Below, piece after piece: positions 1-10,205 of a stretch of DNA of 64,000 bases. Each line of letters starts with the position of its first letter. Positions within the stretch are counted from its first letter, which is position 1. The notes beneath the pieces were generated by a model that was given only the letters and a program-made list of their open reading frames with translations, ran no database searches and was not told the origin of the DNA. The DNA lies in contig MEMF01000002.1 in assembly GCA_001767855.1 (NCBI GenBank), positions 369,493 through 433,492 of the forward strand. Reading direction: 5' to 3'. Source of the DNA: Alphaproteobacteria bacterium RIFCSPHIGHO2_01_FULL_41_14 (lineage in GTDB: Bacteria; Pseudomonadota; Alphaproteobacteria; UBA7879; UBA5542). A program made the position numbers and the translations under genes.

Positions 1-686
1 TGAAAAACGTCAGTTTTGACATTCCTTACGGACAAACCATTGCCTTTGTAGGCCCGTCCGGATCCGGAAAGACAACCATTTTTGAGCTGCTGATGCGGTT
101 TTATGATCCTGTGGCAGGGGAAATTCTGGTGGGGGGACAAGATATTCGAACGATTCCACTCCTTCACCTTAGAAATCAAATGGGATTGGTGTCGCAAGAG
201 TGTATGGTTTTCTCCGGCAGTGTTTACGATAATATTGCCTATGGCACAAAGTCGCCCTCGCGTGCGCAAATTCTTGAGGTGTCTCGCATGGCCCGGGTGA
301 GTGAATTTGTGAATCGTCTGCCCAAAAAATTTGAGTCTTACATTGGTCAACGCGGTGTGTCTTTGTCAGGAGGGCAAAGACAACGCCTTTCCATTGCGAG
401 GACTCTGTTAAAAAATGCTCCCATTTTGTTATTAGATGAGGCAACCTCTTCTCTGGATGCGCAGCAAGAGGCCTTTGTGCAGCAGGCAGTAGAGCGCTTG
501 GTGGTGCACAGAACCACCCTTGTCATCGCGCACAGACTCACCACTGTTCAAAAGGCGGAGAGAATCTTTGTGTTAGAGAAGGGGAAAGTTGCAGCTTCAG
601 GCACTCATCGAGAGCTTTTGAAAACATCAAAAATCTATAAGAATTTGGCAGCACTGCAGTTTTTAGATAAAGAGATTGAAGAATAA
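1..686 (+). CDS. ABC transporter ATP-binding domain (C-terminal NBD of an MsbA/ABCB-type exporter); 5' end lies outside the window
   Basis: The frame is open from nt 3. Walker A GPSGSGKTT, ABC signature LSGGQRQR, Walker B ILLLDEATS, H-loop IAHRL. Confidence 0.9.
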   Translation, partial: KNVSFDIPYGQTIAFVGPSGSGKTTIFELLMRFYDPVAGEILVGGQDIRTIPLLHLRNQMGLVSQECMVFSGSVYDNIAYGTKSPSRAQILEVSRMARVSEFVNRLPKKFESYIGQRGVSLSGGQRQRLSIARTLLKNAPILLLDEATSSLDAQQEAFVQQAVERLVVHRTTLVIAHRLTTVQKAERIFVLEKGKVAASGTHRELLKTSKIYKNLAALQFLDKEIEE

Positions 687-777
687 GGTAATATTTATTA
701 TAAGATTAAGAGTTATTTTAGTTAACCTTATTTTTCAGTTTGGGTATAGTATAAAAGAAGGGTTACGAGCGTTTCTT

Positions 778-2028
778 ATGAAGAATTACATTAACAAGGT
801 TGTCTCTTTTCTAAACGAACAGAAGCAAAGGGCCTCAGAGCTTCTTAAAAGTATAAAAAGCAAGAAGTCACCCGTGCATTTTAAGGCGCCGGTTTTGAAG
901 ATGTCCATGTTCTCTTTGTCGCAGACAAAAATGCCTTCTTTGAAAGAGGGAACGCTTCGGGGCATTTTGGTTTTTCAAACAGTATTAATCATTGGGGGCC
1001 TTTCTTTTGGGGGATGGTTCTATTGGACCAAGATGAGACATCCGGAAGAAGCAAAGAAAAGAGATATTCCCCAATCCATCGTAGAAGCCTTGCCCGTTGA
1101 ACTGGGCACCTTTGAAACTTTTACCTCGGTGGTTGGAACGCTCAAAGCGAATGAATCCATCATTGTGCGTCCTGAGGTAGAGGGTAAAATCAAGGAAGTT
1201 CGTTTTAAAAGCGGGGATCCTGTCTCTCAGGGGGATATTTTGGTGACGCTGGAAGACAGTGTTTATAAGGCCATGAAAAGAGAAGCCAAAGCCAAAGTAG
1301 ACCTCTGGCAGGGTAAGTACAATCGAGCCGAAATTTTATATGAAAAAAGATCAGGAACCTTAAGGGAAAAAGAAGAAGCGTTTGCCCAGCTTGCCATGGC
1401 CCAAGCCGATTTGGATCGAGCGACCAGTCAGATGAGAAAAACAACCATTCGTGCCCCTTTTACGGGGGTCATTGGGTTTAGGACCATTAGTCCCGGTGCG
1501 TATGTACGGCCAGGAGAAGATCTGGTAACGCTGGATGAAATGGATCCCATGAGTATCGAGTTCCGTATTGCCGAGAACATGATTGATAAAGTATCCATCG
1601 GCAAGATTGTTCAAGTTGAGATTGATGGGTTCCCCAATAACGTGTTTGAGGCGACCATTGATGCCATTGATACCAACATTGACCCCATGGGACATAGCGT
1701 TCGGGTGAAGGCTCAGCTCTCGAATAAAGAAGAGCTCTTTAAACCAGGTCTCTTTGGAAAAGTGAAGTTTTTAGTGAGTTCACATGAAGATGTCATTATG
1801 GTTCCAGAATCTGCCGTGGAAAGCCGTGGAAATCAAGAGTACGTTTATCGTGTGGAAGAGGGGAAAGCGCGCTATACTGTGGTGAAAACCGGGGGCAGAA
1901 ATGGGGAAAAAGTAGAAATTTTGTCTGGTCTTGAGCCGGGTCAAACGGTCATTGTGGCGGGCCAAATGAAGATCCAAGACAAATGGCCAGTGATGGCTGT
2001 TCCTCCGTACGTTTTAAAAAGATTTTAA
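778..2028 (+). CDS. Efflux RND periplasmic adaptor (HlyD/membrane-fusion family)
   Basis: N-terminal TM segment, lipoyl-like motif VRPEVEGKIKEVRFKSGDPVSQGDILVTLED, coiled-coil hairpin, and C-terminal beta-barrel region. Sits directly upstream of the RND permease. Start at ATG 778 is preferred over the track start 676, which overlaps the ABC gene. Confidence 0.85.
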   Translation: MKNYINKVVSFLNEQKQRASELLKSIKSKKSPVHFKAPVLKMSMFSLSQTKMPSLKEGTLRGILVFQTVLIIGGLSFGGWFYWTKMRHPEEAKKRDIPQSIVEALPVELGTFETFTSVVGTLKANESIIVRPEVEGKIKEVRFKSGDPVSQGDILVTLEDSVYKAMKREAKAKVDLWQGKYNRAEILYEKRSGTLREKEEAFAQLAMAQADLDRATSQMRKTTIRAPFTGVIGFRTISPGAYVRPGEDLVTLDEMDPMSIEFRIAENMIDKVSIGKIVQVEIDGFPNNVFEATIDAIDTNIDPMGHSVRVKAQLSNKEELFKPGLFGKVKFLVSSHEDVIMVPESAVESRGNQEYVYRVEEGKARYTVVKTGGRNGEKVEILSGLEPGQTVIVAGQMKIQDKWPVMAVPPYVLKRF

Positions 2029-2040
2029 GAGAAGAATCCC

Positions 2041-5000
2041 GTGAATCTGTCTGAACTTTGTATTCGTCGACCCGTCCTTTCCATCGTGATGACCTTATTG
2101 ATGGTCATTGTGGGGGCGGTGAGCTATACCTATTTGCAGCTTCGTCAATTTCCCCAAGTGGAACGCCCTATCATCAGCGTCACCACCACCTATGAAGGAG
2201 CGAGTCCCCAGATCGTAGAATCCCGTATCACGAAACCGCTTGAGTCTGCTTTAGCGGGTATCGAAGGGGTGGAATTTATCACCTCCATTAGTGAGTCTGA
2301 AAATAGCCGCATTAACTTGAACTTTAAACCTGATCGAGATATCGATGCCGCCGCTAGTGATGTGCGTGAGAAAATTGGCCGCGTGCGGATGCGCTTGCCA
2401 GAAGGGGCGCGAGACTCTTTGATTAAAAAATCAGATGCGGATGCGGCGGCCATTATTTACTTGGCTCTTTCCAGTGATAATCCAGAGATAGGGACAGCTG
2501 AATTATATGACTATGCCCACCATTATCTAGAAAATGAATTTGAATCCATTGGGGGAGTGGCCGCCATAGAACTTTTCGGTTCCAACGGCAATATGGTTCA
2601 TATCTGGCTCGATCCGGTCAAGATGGCGGCCTACAATGTCACGACCCATGAAGTGTCCGCGGCTTTAAGGCAGCAAAACGTGCACATTCCAGCGGGGCGC
2701 TTGGTGGGAGACAACCGCGAAGTGATGGTGACCACGGCGGCGAACCTAAAAAGCATCAAAGAATTTAAGAACGTCATCCTCCACAGAGAAAAAGACTATT
2801 TGGTGAAATTGGAAGATGTGGCTCGCGTGGATTTTTCTCCCGCCGAAGATCGGAGCTTGGCTCGGTTCAATGGGAAGCCGGCTATTTCCATTGGATTAAT
2901 TAAAAAATCCATTGCCAATCCCTTGCAGATTGCCGAGGAATTGGATGCGTTGCTTCCTGCCGTCAAACAGAACTTGCCCAAAGACTTTAAGCTGGCCATT
3001 GCTTACGACAAAACTATCTACATTGATCAATCGTTGAAAGAAGTGTATAAGACGTTCTTTGAAGCCACAGGATTTGTTCTGGTGATCATCCTTCTTTTCT
3101 TGTGGTCGTTTCGGGCGTCTTTGGTGCCACTGGTTACCATCCCCATCTGTGTGATTTCCACCTTTACGCTTCTTTATATCTTTGGGTTTAGCTTGAATAC
3201 GTTAACCCTCCTCGCCATTGTTCTCGCCATTGGGTTGGTGGTGGATGACGCCATTGTGATGATGGAGAATATTTATCGGTACATGGATGAAGAAGGACTT
3301 TCTCCGCTCGAAGCTGCCTTTAAGGGCAGCAAGGAAATCAGCTTTGCCATTATTGCCATGACGCTGACGCTCGCGGCCGTCTATGCACCCATTGCCTTGT
3401 CACAGGGGGTTATTGGGAAAATGTTCACCGAGTTTGCGTTGACCCTTGCGGGGTCTGTGATCATTTCAGGATTTGTGGCCCTTACCCTGTCTCCCATGAT
3501 GTGTGCCCATCTTCTGAGGCCTCATAAACTGCCGGAAGAGGGAAAAAAGAGGCGGAGACTTAACACGCTGCTCGAAGTGAATCGGTTTGATCCGTATTAT
3601 CAGAAGCTGGAAAATGGGTATGGGGTTCTTTTGCGTAAACTCATGTCTGTCAAAGGAATGGTGGTCGGTGCGGCCATTGGTTTCTCTGTGGTGGGAGGGA
3701 TAATTGGCGCCAAATTCTTGCCCAGCGAACTCACACCGCAAGAAGATCAGGGGCTTATTAATGCAGGAGCGATGATTCCACAAGGGGCAACGATTCAATA
3801 TATGTCTCAGTATGTGGCAGAAATGGAACGGATTCTCCAAGAAATCCCAGAACTGAGCAGCCAACTCTCCACCATTGTCCAACCCAGCCCACTGATTTGG
3901 ACTCTCTTGGTAGATTGGAAAGATAGAAAGCGTTCAAGTCTTGAGATCATCGAGGAAATCCGACCAAAATTAAGGGCTATTCCCGGGATCAATGCCTATG
4001 CGTCTCCTGGAAGAACACTGCTGAGTGGGGGGGGAAAGACGGAAGAGTCCATCCAATTTGTGTTGCAGACCACCAAATCCCAAAGTGAATTAGATGCCGC
4101 GTCCGAGATTTTAGAACGTGCCTTGAGACAAGAGCGCATTATTCCTTACCTCATCACAGACCGAGGCGAGGATACGCAAGAATATATCGTGGAAATCAAC
4201 CGCGATAAAGCGGGTCTTCTAGGGGTTGATGTTGCCACCATCGGAGAAACCTTTGATACCTTTGTGAGTGGGCGCCGAGTCACTGACTTTAAAAAAGACA
4301 GCGAGCAATTTGACGTAGTCGCCTCTGTGGCCACAGATCAAAAAAGATCGCCCAATGATCTCAGCAACATGTTCGTGAAGGGCCGATTTAGAGACAGAGA
4401 AGTCATGGTGCCTCTCTCCAACATCGTGACCTTAAAGAAGGAAAACATTCCCATCCAAATCAACCACTACAACCAATTACGTTCAGTGACGTTGTCGGGC
4501 GAGTTGGCGCCAGGGATCAGCTTGGGTCAGGCGGTGGAAACCTTTGAAAAACTTTCAGCGGAGATCTTACCAGAGGGGATTCGAGCAGAATTTTCGGGAG
4601 AGACAAAGAAATTCTTAGAAGCACGGTACACCATCTATCTGATCTTTGGCCTGGCTCTTATTTTTATCTATCTGGTGATGGCGGCGCAATTTGAAAGCTT
4701 TGTGGATCCCTTCATTATTATGTTCACCGTTCCGCTCTCTCTTTCGGGGGCCTTGATTACTTTAAAGCTTGTGGGGGGATCCATTAATATTTATAGCCAA
4801 ATTGGGCTCATTACCTTAATTGGGCTGATCACTAAACATGGGATTCTTATTGTGGAATTTTCTAATCAGATTTTGGATAAGGAAAAGAATCTCACCCTTG
4901 TGGAAGCCGTGACGCGGGCGGCACTCCTGCGTCTCAGGCCCATTCTCATGACCACTGCGGCCATGGTATTAGGGGCGGTACCCCTGGTGATTGCCACCGG

Positions 5001-5145
5001 GGCGGGGGCAGAAAGCCGTCGTCAAATAGGCTGGGTTGTGGCAGGAGGTATGATGATTGGAACCCTCTTTACCCTCTTTGTGATCCCGGCCGTTTATACA
5101 TTTTTATCGAGTCGTAGAAAAAGAGAAAGACAAGAGGAGATATAA
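2041..5145 (+). CDS. Efflux RND transporter permease (AcrB/MexB-like, 1034 aa)
   Basis: Length, N-terminus MNLSELCIRRPVLSIVMTLL, 12-TM layout with two large periplasmic loops, and conserved VVDDAIVMMENI. GTG start 12 nt after the adaptor stop. Confidence 0.93.
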   Translation: MNLSELCIRRPVLSIVMTLLMVIVGAVSYTYLQLRQFPQVERPIISVTTTYEGASPQIVESRITKPLESALAGIEGVEFITSISESENSRINLNFKPDRDIDAAASDVREKIGRVRMRLPEGARDSLIKKSDADAAAIIYLALSSDNPEIGTAELYDYAHHYLENEFESIGGVAAIELFGSNGNMVHIWLDPVKMAAYNVTTHEVSAALRQQNVHIPAGRLVGDNREVMVTTAANLKSIKEFKNVILHREKDYLVKLEDVARVDFSPAEDRSLARFNGKPAISIGLIKKSIANPLQIAEELDALLPAVKQNLPKDFKLAIAYDKTIYIDQSLKEVYKTFFEATGFVLVIILLFLWSFRASLVPLVTIPICVISTFTLLYIFGFSLNTLTLLAIVLAIGLVVDDAIVMMENIYRYMDEEGLSPLEAAFKGSKEISFAIIAMTLTLAAVYAPIALSQGVIGKMFTEFALTLAGSVIISGFVALTLSPMMCAHLLRPHKLPEEGKKRRRLNTLLEVNRFDPYYQKLENGYGVLLRKLMSVKGMVVGAAIGFSVVGGIIGAKFLPSELTPQEDQGLINAGAMIPQGATIQYMSQYVAEMERILQEIPELSSQLSTIVQPSPLIWTLLVDWKDRKRSSLEIIEEIRPKLRAIPGINAYASPGRTLLSGGGKTEESIQFVLQTTKSQSELDAASEILERALRQERIIPYLITDRGEDTQEYIVEINRDKAGLLGVDVATIGETFDTFVSGRRVTDFKKDSEQFDVVASVATDQKRSPNDLSNMFVKGRFRDREVMVPLSNIVTLKKENIPIQINHYNQLRSVTLSGELAPGISLGQAVETFEKLSAEILPEGIRAEFSGETKKFLEARYTIYLIFGLALIFIYLVMAAQFESFVDPFIIMFTVPLSLSGALITLKLVGGSINIYSQIGLITLIGLITKHGILIVEFSNQILDKEKNLTLVEAVTRAALLRLRPILMTTAAMVLGAVPLVIATGAGAESRRQIGWVVAGGMMIGTLFTLFVIPAVYTFLSSRRKRERQEEI

Positions 5146-5148
5146 GCC

Positions 5149-5748
5149 GTGACATTACAAAGAGCTAGATTCTTCCGGTTAATTAAAGAGCCAACAGAAA
5201 CTCCCTCGAATATGGGGCGTTCAACCCATTATTATTTGGGCATTTTCGACCACTTTACCACCGGCAAGACGTGGTTCCCCAGTTGGAATTGGACAAGCTT
5301 TTTGTCCGCCCTCTTTGGGATCGAATTGGTGTGGCTTGTGTATCGACGGATGTACGTGTATGCCGTTTTTTACTTAGGGATTTTGGTGGTGCTCACCAAT
5401 TTAGGATTTGTGGGGTTTTATTTCCTCAATAAAAACTTATCTCCTGAGACCAAAACCTATTTATTAGAAAAATTTTCCGATAAGGATTTCTTGTTTTTCT
5501 CTTTGAAAATGCTTTTATGGTTGATTAAACTTCCCGTGATCTTGATGTTCGGAGTGTTTGGAAATGCTTTGTACTTTAAATTCTTAGAGAAAGAATCTCA
5601 TAAAAAATATCTTCCTAAAAGCGGTATCTCAACGGTAGGCGCAGGGATCGTCCTTTTGATTACGCTGGCGCTCGTTCTTTTAAATAATTACCTTTTACAA
5701 ACCGCCAATACCAATCTTTACAGTAAGCTTCATGAGTACTTTGTATAA
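5149..5748 (+). CDS. Membrane protein, DUF2628-like
   Basis: The motif WNWTSFLSALFG...WLVYRRMY followed by several hydrophobic helices resembles the DUF2628 pattern. GTG start 4 nt after the RND stop. Confidence 0.55.
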   Translation: MTLQRARFFRLIKEPTETPSNMGRSTHYYLGIFDHFTTGKTWFPSWNWTSFLSALFGIELVWLVYRRMYVYAVFYLGILVVLTNLGFVGFYFLNKNLSPETKTYLLEKFSDKDFLFFSLKMLLWLIKLPVILMFGVFGNALYFKFLEKESHKKYLPKSGISTVGAGIVLLITLALVLLNNYLLQTANTNLYSKLHEYFV

Positions 5749-6724
5749 GCCGTCCCTTATCTTAATCGGCTGCGGGGATTGGGGCAAAAATATTGCGAGA
5801 ACCCTCTCCAGAATGGATGTCTTGGCCGGCATTGTGGATCCATCTCCTCACGCGATACGTCTGGCGGACGAGCTTCATGTGCCCGTGTTCAGTTTAGAAG
5901 ACGCTCTTCAGAAAGAGGCCGTTAAAGGGGTGGTCATTGCAACGCCCACTCCCACCCATTTTTCTCTGGCTGAGCAAGCTTTACAGAAGGGAAAAAGCGT
6001 TTTAGTCGAAAAACCTTTGGCGGTGAAAGACACAGAAATTAAGTCTCTAAAAAAAATAGCGGATGAGCGCGGGCTAACCCTCATGGCGGGGCACCTTTTG
6101 GTGTACCACAAGGCCTTTCAACACTTAGTTTCGGGGGTGCGAGCGGGGAAATTAGGGAAAATTTTGCGGATCGAGACAAGTCGCAAAAACTTCGGAAAAG
6201 TCCACGCTCATGAAGGCGTTTTGTGGGACCTTGGCCCCCATGACTTCTCCATGATTCTGAGTCTCACGAAGACGCTGCCCACCCAAGTTTTTTCCCAGGC
6301 TGAAAGTTACGTGTATGAGGGGAAACCAGACAGTCAAACAATCCTTCTGTCCTATGAAGAGGGTCCGTCGGTCAAGATCGAGCTTTCTCGCCTGCATCCC
6401 TTTAAAGAACAAAAAGTGGTGGTCATCGGCACAAAGGGATCTATTGTCTTTGACGACACAAAAGAATGGGCAGAAAAATTAATCTTTTATGCGAATCAGA
6501 TCGAGATAGCCTCCCCGCTTTTGACCCGACAGGCGGGGGAAGCTATGGCTCTTACACCAGGAGAACCCTTAAAGGAAGAATTAACCCATTTTGTGGAATG
6601 CCTCCGTACCCAAAAGGAGCCTTTGTCGTCTGCTCTTCAAGCACAGCAGGTTTTATCCTTGATCAAAGCGGCAGAATCATCTGATCAGAACAAATCTTGG
6701 GTTCTGATGCCCCAAAAAGAATAA
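5732..6724 (+). CDS. Gfo/Idh/MocA family NAD(P)-dependent oxidoreductase
   Basis: N-terminal Rossmann LILIGCGDWGKN, and VVIATPTPTHFSLAEQALQKGKSVLVEKPLA, which is typical of the family. Confidence 0.85.
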   Translation: MSTLYKPSLILIGCGDWGKNIARTLSRMDVLAGIVDPSPHAIRLADELHVPVFSLEDALQKEAVKGVVIATPTPTHFSLAEQALQKGKSVLVEKPLAVKDTEIKSLKKIADERGLTLMAGHLLVYHKAFQHLVSGVRAGKLGKILRIETSRKNFGKVHAHEGVLWDLGPHDFSMILSLTKTLPTQVFSQAESYVYEGKPDSQTILLSYEEGPSVKIELSRLHPFKEQKVVVIGTKGSIVFDDTKEWAEKLIFYANQIEIASPLLTRQAGEAMALTPGEPLKEELTHFVECLRTQKEPLSSALQAQQVLSLIKAAESSDQNKSWVLMPQKE

Positions 6725-6734
6725 AGGAAAGATC

Positions 6735-8012
6735 ATGCGTACGGAAGATACATGTCAAGAGCTGACAGAGCTCACCACCCTTCCCAACGGATTTCGGATT
6801 GTCACCCGTCGCATGCCACACGTGGAGACTATTTCCATGGGCGTTTGGGTGGGGGCGGGGTCGAGACGGGAGACGCTCTCCAACAATGGTATTGCCCATT
6901 TTCTAGAGCATATGGCCTTTAAGGGAACCACCACGCGATCAGCGTTTGATATCGTCCAGCAGATTGAGGCCGTGGGCGGCGATTTAAATGCCGCCACAAG
7001 CCAAGAGGTTACCTATTACCACGCGTCCCTCCTCAAGGAACATACGGCACTGGGGATCGAGATTTTGGCAGATATTCTGCAGAACTCCACGTTTTTATCG
7101 GCAGAGATTGAAAAAGAACGAAAAGTAGTGCTGCAAGAGATTGACCAAACGGAGGATACGCCCGATGACGTGATCTTTGACCATTTTCAGGCTGTCTCTT
7201 TTCCTGATCAACCTTTGGGGCGGCCTATCTTGGGGTCACGCATGACAGTGAATGGGCTAACTCAAAACATGCTCCACGATTTTGTGGCACAATACTATGT
7301 GCCGCAGAGGATGGTTTTTTCTGCCGCTGGGAATTTGCAGCATGAAGAGATTGTGGCCCAGGTGGAACGCGCCTTTCTTACACTCCAGGCTTTACCCGAG
7401 GCGCCCCTGCCGCGCGCTTCTTATAAAGGAGGATATGCCCATACCTTTAAAAAACTTGAGCAACAGCATATCGTTCTCGGGTTTGAGGGGTTGGCCTTAG
7501 AGAGTCCTGATTTTTATCTGGCCCATTGTTATTCTTCCCTCCTCGGAGGGGGGATGTCGTCGCGCCTCTTCCAAGAGATCCGTGAAAAACGAGGCCTTGT
7601 TTATGGCATTTCTTCCTTCATGTCGTCGTACCAAGAGACGGGGCTTTTTGGTATCTATACAGGCACCAGCGAAGATAAAACAGAAGAGATTATAGAGATC
7701 ATCTTCCAAGAGATAGAAAACACCGCTTCCCATATAACGTCGGAAGAAGGGGAGCGTTCTAAAAACCAGGTGAAGGCCTCGATTCTGATGGCGCAAGAAA
7801 GCACAGCCTATTGGGCCAACACGCTGGCCCGGCAAGTGCTTGTTTTTGGAAGACCGCGGACGGTAGAAGAAGTGATTTCTAAGATCGACGCTGTAACGGA
7901 AGAGAAGATGGGGCAATATGCGTCGCAGTTACTGTATTCCACCCCTTCGTTAGCCTTCATTGGCCCTCGCAAGAAAAAAATTAACTACCGTTTCGAGGCA
8001 AAAAGGGGGTAA
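6735..8012 (+). CDS. M16 family zinc peptidase (pitrilysin / mitochondrial-processing-peptidase-like)
   Basis: Inverted zinc motif HFLEHMAFKGT (HxxEH); about 425 aa, typical of alphaproteobacterial MPP-like peptidases. Confidence 0.9.
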   Translation: MRTEDTCQELTELTTLPNGFRIVTRRMPHVETISMGVWVGAGSRRETLSNNGIAHFLEHMAFKGTTTRSAFDIVQQIEAVGGDLNAATSQEVTYYHASLLKEHTALGIEILADILQNSTFLSAEIEKERKVVLQEIDQTEDTPDDVIFDHFQAVSFPDQPLGRPILGSRMTVNGLTQNMLHDFVAQYYVPQRMVFSAAGNLQHEEIVAQVERAFLTLQALPEAPLPRASYKGGYAHTFKKLEQQHIVLGFEGLALESPDFYLAHCYSSLLGGGMSSRLFQEIREKRGLVYGISSFMSSYQETGLFGIYTGTSEDKTEEIIEIIFQEIENTASHITSEEGERSKNQVKASILMAQESTAYWANTLARQVLVFGRPRTVEEVISKIDAVTEEKMGQYASQLLYSTPSLAFIGPRKKKINYRFEAKRG

Positions 8013-8328
8013 TCAAATACTAAAAAACCCCCAGAGGTGTAATCTCCAGAGGTTTTTTTGTCTCAGGCTAACTTACCAAGCCTGAGGTGGGTTCCAAGCT
8101 TGAGGCGGGGTATACGATAGAGCTTGTGGTGGAGTCATCAGTGTTGTTGTTCGAGACATTTTATTCTCCTATGTTTCGTGTTATACGCCTCCTATCTATA
8201 CCCTAATTTTAAAATAATCAAATAGAAAAATAATAATTTTTCTATTTAGGGAGAATAAATTTTTGGAGACTCAGAAAAATGAACTCAGACTTGTTTTTTA
8301 AGCCCAGAGAATATCAAAAGAGGAAGGT

Positions 8329-9261
8329 TTAGTGAATAAATAATACCCGCTCTCTCGTGGCCTTCTGTTGGTTCACCTTTTCGATCAAATAATCTCTAAA
8401 GGCAATCACTCTTTTTGAGTTCGCCAAAATTTGGGGATAAATAAAGAAAATATCCACTTCTGGGCCAGGAAGTTCGGGCAGAATTCTAACCAGACGTCCT
8501 TGCTTAATGATGGGAAGTTCTTCTGACAAAGATCCAATGCCGATTCCGCTCAGGACACAATCGATGAGAGGCTGTGAGGATTGAATGCGGAGATACGGTT
8601 CTCGGGGGAGGTCATCCGCCCGCTTTCCGATGGTTAAGAACCAGTCCACTTCCCTATAAGGTTTAGCATTGTCTTGACCGGTGGTAATGGCAATCAATCG
8701 ATGATTATCCAACTCGTCTGTCGTTTTGGGTATACCAAATTTTCTAACATAATCGGGGCTGGCATAGAGACCTACATGCCAGGTCATGATATAATGCTGG
8801 ATGATATTCTGACCATCGGAGATGAGGGGTTGAATCAACACATCTGCTTCACCAAGAGTGACATCGGGGGTGTGATTTAGGGGAGAGATGGACAACCGTA
8901 CGTCTGGATATTTTTCTAAAAATCCGGGTAAATATCTGGAAATCCACAAAGAAGCTAAGCTAGGGGTAGTGATCACCCGTAAAGGCCCCGACACATCGTC
9001 TCTGCTGTTTTCATCTAAAATGTTTCGGGCGGATTCTATTTCAGACAAAATAATGCGTGTTTTGCGGAACAACAGCTCCCCTTGCAACGTCAGCGTCCAT
9101 AATTCTTGTCGGCGATTAAACAAAAGTGTTTTGAGGTCTTGTTCCAAGGTGGAAATTAATTTTTCAGCGCTGTCAGCAGAAATACTCAGCTCTTCTGCCC
9201 CTTTTGGAACAGAACTATGACGAGCCACAGAATAGAAGACCTTTAACTTTTCAAAGTTCAT
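8329..9261 (-). CDS. LysR family transcriptional regulator
   Basis: N-terminal wHTH (LKVFYSVARHSSVPKGAEELSISADSAEKLISTLEQDL..LFNRR) plus a roughly 200-aa substrate-binding domain; 310 aa. Confidence 0.8.
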   Translation of the reverse strand: MNFEKLKVFYSVARHSSVPKGAEELSISADSAEKLISTLEQDLKTLLFNRRQELWTLTLQGELLFRKTRIILSEIESARNILDENSRDDVSGPLRVITTPSLASLWISRYLPGFLEKYPDVRLSISPLNHTPDVTLGEADVLIQPLISDGQNIIQHYIMTWHVGLYASPDYVRKFGIPKTTDELDNHRLIAITTGQDNAKPYREVDWFLTIGKRADDLPREPYLRIQSSQPLIDCVLSGIGIGSLSEELPIIKQGRLVRILPELPGPEVDIFFIYPQILANSKRVIAFRDYLIEKVNQQKATRERVLFIH

Positions 9262-9376
9262 GATGAAAAATATCCAAATTTAACAAAAACATTACTGAAT
9301 AACGAGGGGGGTGTCAAGAGAGGGCCTAGAGGAAAAGATTTACATTATACCTCAGAGAATCTATATAAAAGAGATC

Positions 9377-9453
9377 GTGCCCGTAGCTCAGTTGGATAGA
9401 GCACAAAATTCCTAATTTTGGGGTCGGAGGTTCAAGTCCTCTCGGGCACACCA
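9377..9453 (+). tRNA. tRNA-Arg (anticodon CCT)
   Basis: Hand-folded cloverleaf: acceptor GTGCCCG/CGGGCAC, D arm GCTC-AGTTGGATA-GAGC, anticodon stem CAAAA/TTTTG with loop TTCCTAA, T arm GGAGG-TTCAAGT-CCTCT, encoded CCA. Confidence 0.9.
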
Positions 9454-9480
9454 GCTTCTGATCACGTATGGATTGGTTAT

Positions 9481-9555
9481 TGGCTGGGGTGGAAGGATTC
9501 GAACCCTCGTATGGTGGTACCAAAAACCACTGCCTTACCGCTTGGCGACACCCCA
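9481..9555 (-). tRNA. tRNA-Gln (anticodon TTG)
   Basis: The reverse complement TGGGGTGTCGCCAAGCGGTAAGGCAGTGGTTTTTGGTACCACCATACGAGGGTTCGAATCCTTCCACCCCAGCCA folds as a cloverleaf. Anticodon loop TTTTGGT, T loop TTCGAAT, encoded CCA. Confidence 0.9.
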
Positions 9556-9642
9556 AGAAAATTTTTGTCTCAGATGAAATTAATAACAAACCTACGAAAA
9601 GGCAAGGGAATATTGATCACTAGGTCGGGGAACTTCGATTTC

Positions 9643-10194
9643 TTACCGGGGATCTTTGATGCCCTTTTTCCAGGCACCCTCGTAAAAATTATACGAGAAA
9701 GGGTTGCGCGAGCGTTCTTTGGGCGGGGCAGAAGAGTCCTCGTATCCTACCGCAATCACCGCCATGGGAATACAATCGTCTGGCAACCCAAACTCTAAAA
9801 TAAGCTCTGGCCCATTAAACCCGCCCATTTGGTGGGCCATCAGGCCTGACGCTGCGGCTTGCAGGCATAAATAAGCAGAAGCCGCGCCCGTATCGTGAGC
9901 CGCCCATCGGTTGTTTTTGCCTGTTTTTCTAAAGGTATAGTCGGCCACCGATATGATCAGAAGAGGGGCATTTTTCGCCCACTCTTGATTGGGTTTGGCG
10001 AGTGCGTGGAACACTTTTTCATAGGCCCCGTTTTTATGGTCCTTTTCACAGATAATGTACCGCCAAGGTTCTTCGCCGTAACACGAGGGCGCCCAGCGGG
10101 CCGCATTCAGAAGGTCTTTCAAAACAAAAGCGGATACGGGTTTGGTTTTATCAAAACTGTATCCGCTATGCCGTTGTTTAAAAAGAGGATTCAT
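9643..10194 (-). CDS. Nitroreductase family protein
   Basis: N-terminal RHSGYSF...LLNAARWAPSCYGEEPWRYI motif and about 180 aa, typical of NAD(P)H nitroreductases. Confidence 0.8.
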   Translation of the reverse strand: MNPLFKQRHSGYSFDKTKPVSAFVLKDLLNAARWAPSCYGEEPWRYIICEKDHKNGAYEKVFHALAKPNQEWAKNAPLLIISVADYTFRKTGKNNRWAAHDTGAASAYLCLQAAASGLMAHQMGGFNGPELILEFGLPDDCIPMAVIAVGYEDSSAPPKERSRNPFSYNFYEGAWKKGIKDPR

Positions 10195-10205
10195 AAGGGG
10201 TCAAG

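Noticed and set aside
8013-8060. Apparent terminator after the M16 peptidase (AAAAAACCCCCAGAGG...CTCCAGAGGTTTTTTT)
   Set aside because: The CCAGAGG motifs are direct repeats, not inverted repeats, so only A/T-rich flanks could pair. It is not a convincing hairpin.
9326-9798. ORFs 9326..9589 (-) and 9418..9798 (+) on the track
   Set aside because: They run straight through the two tRNA genes and the nitroreductase 3' end and are not plausible proteins.
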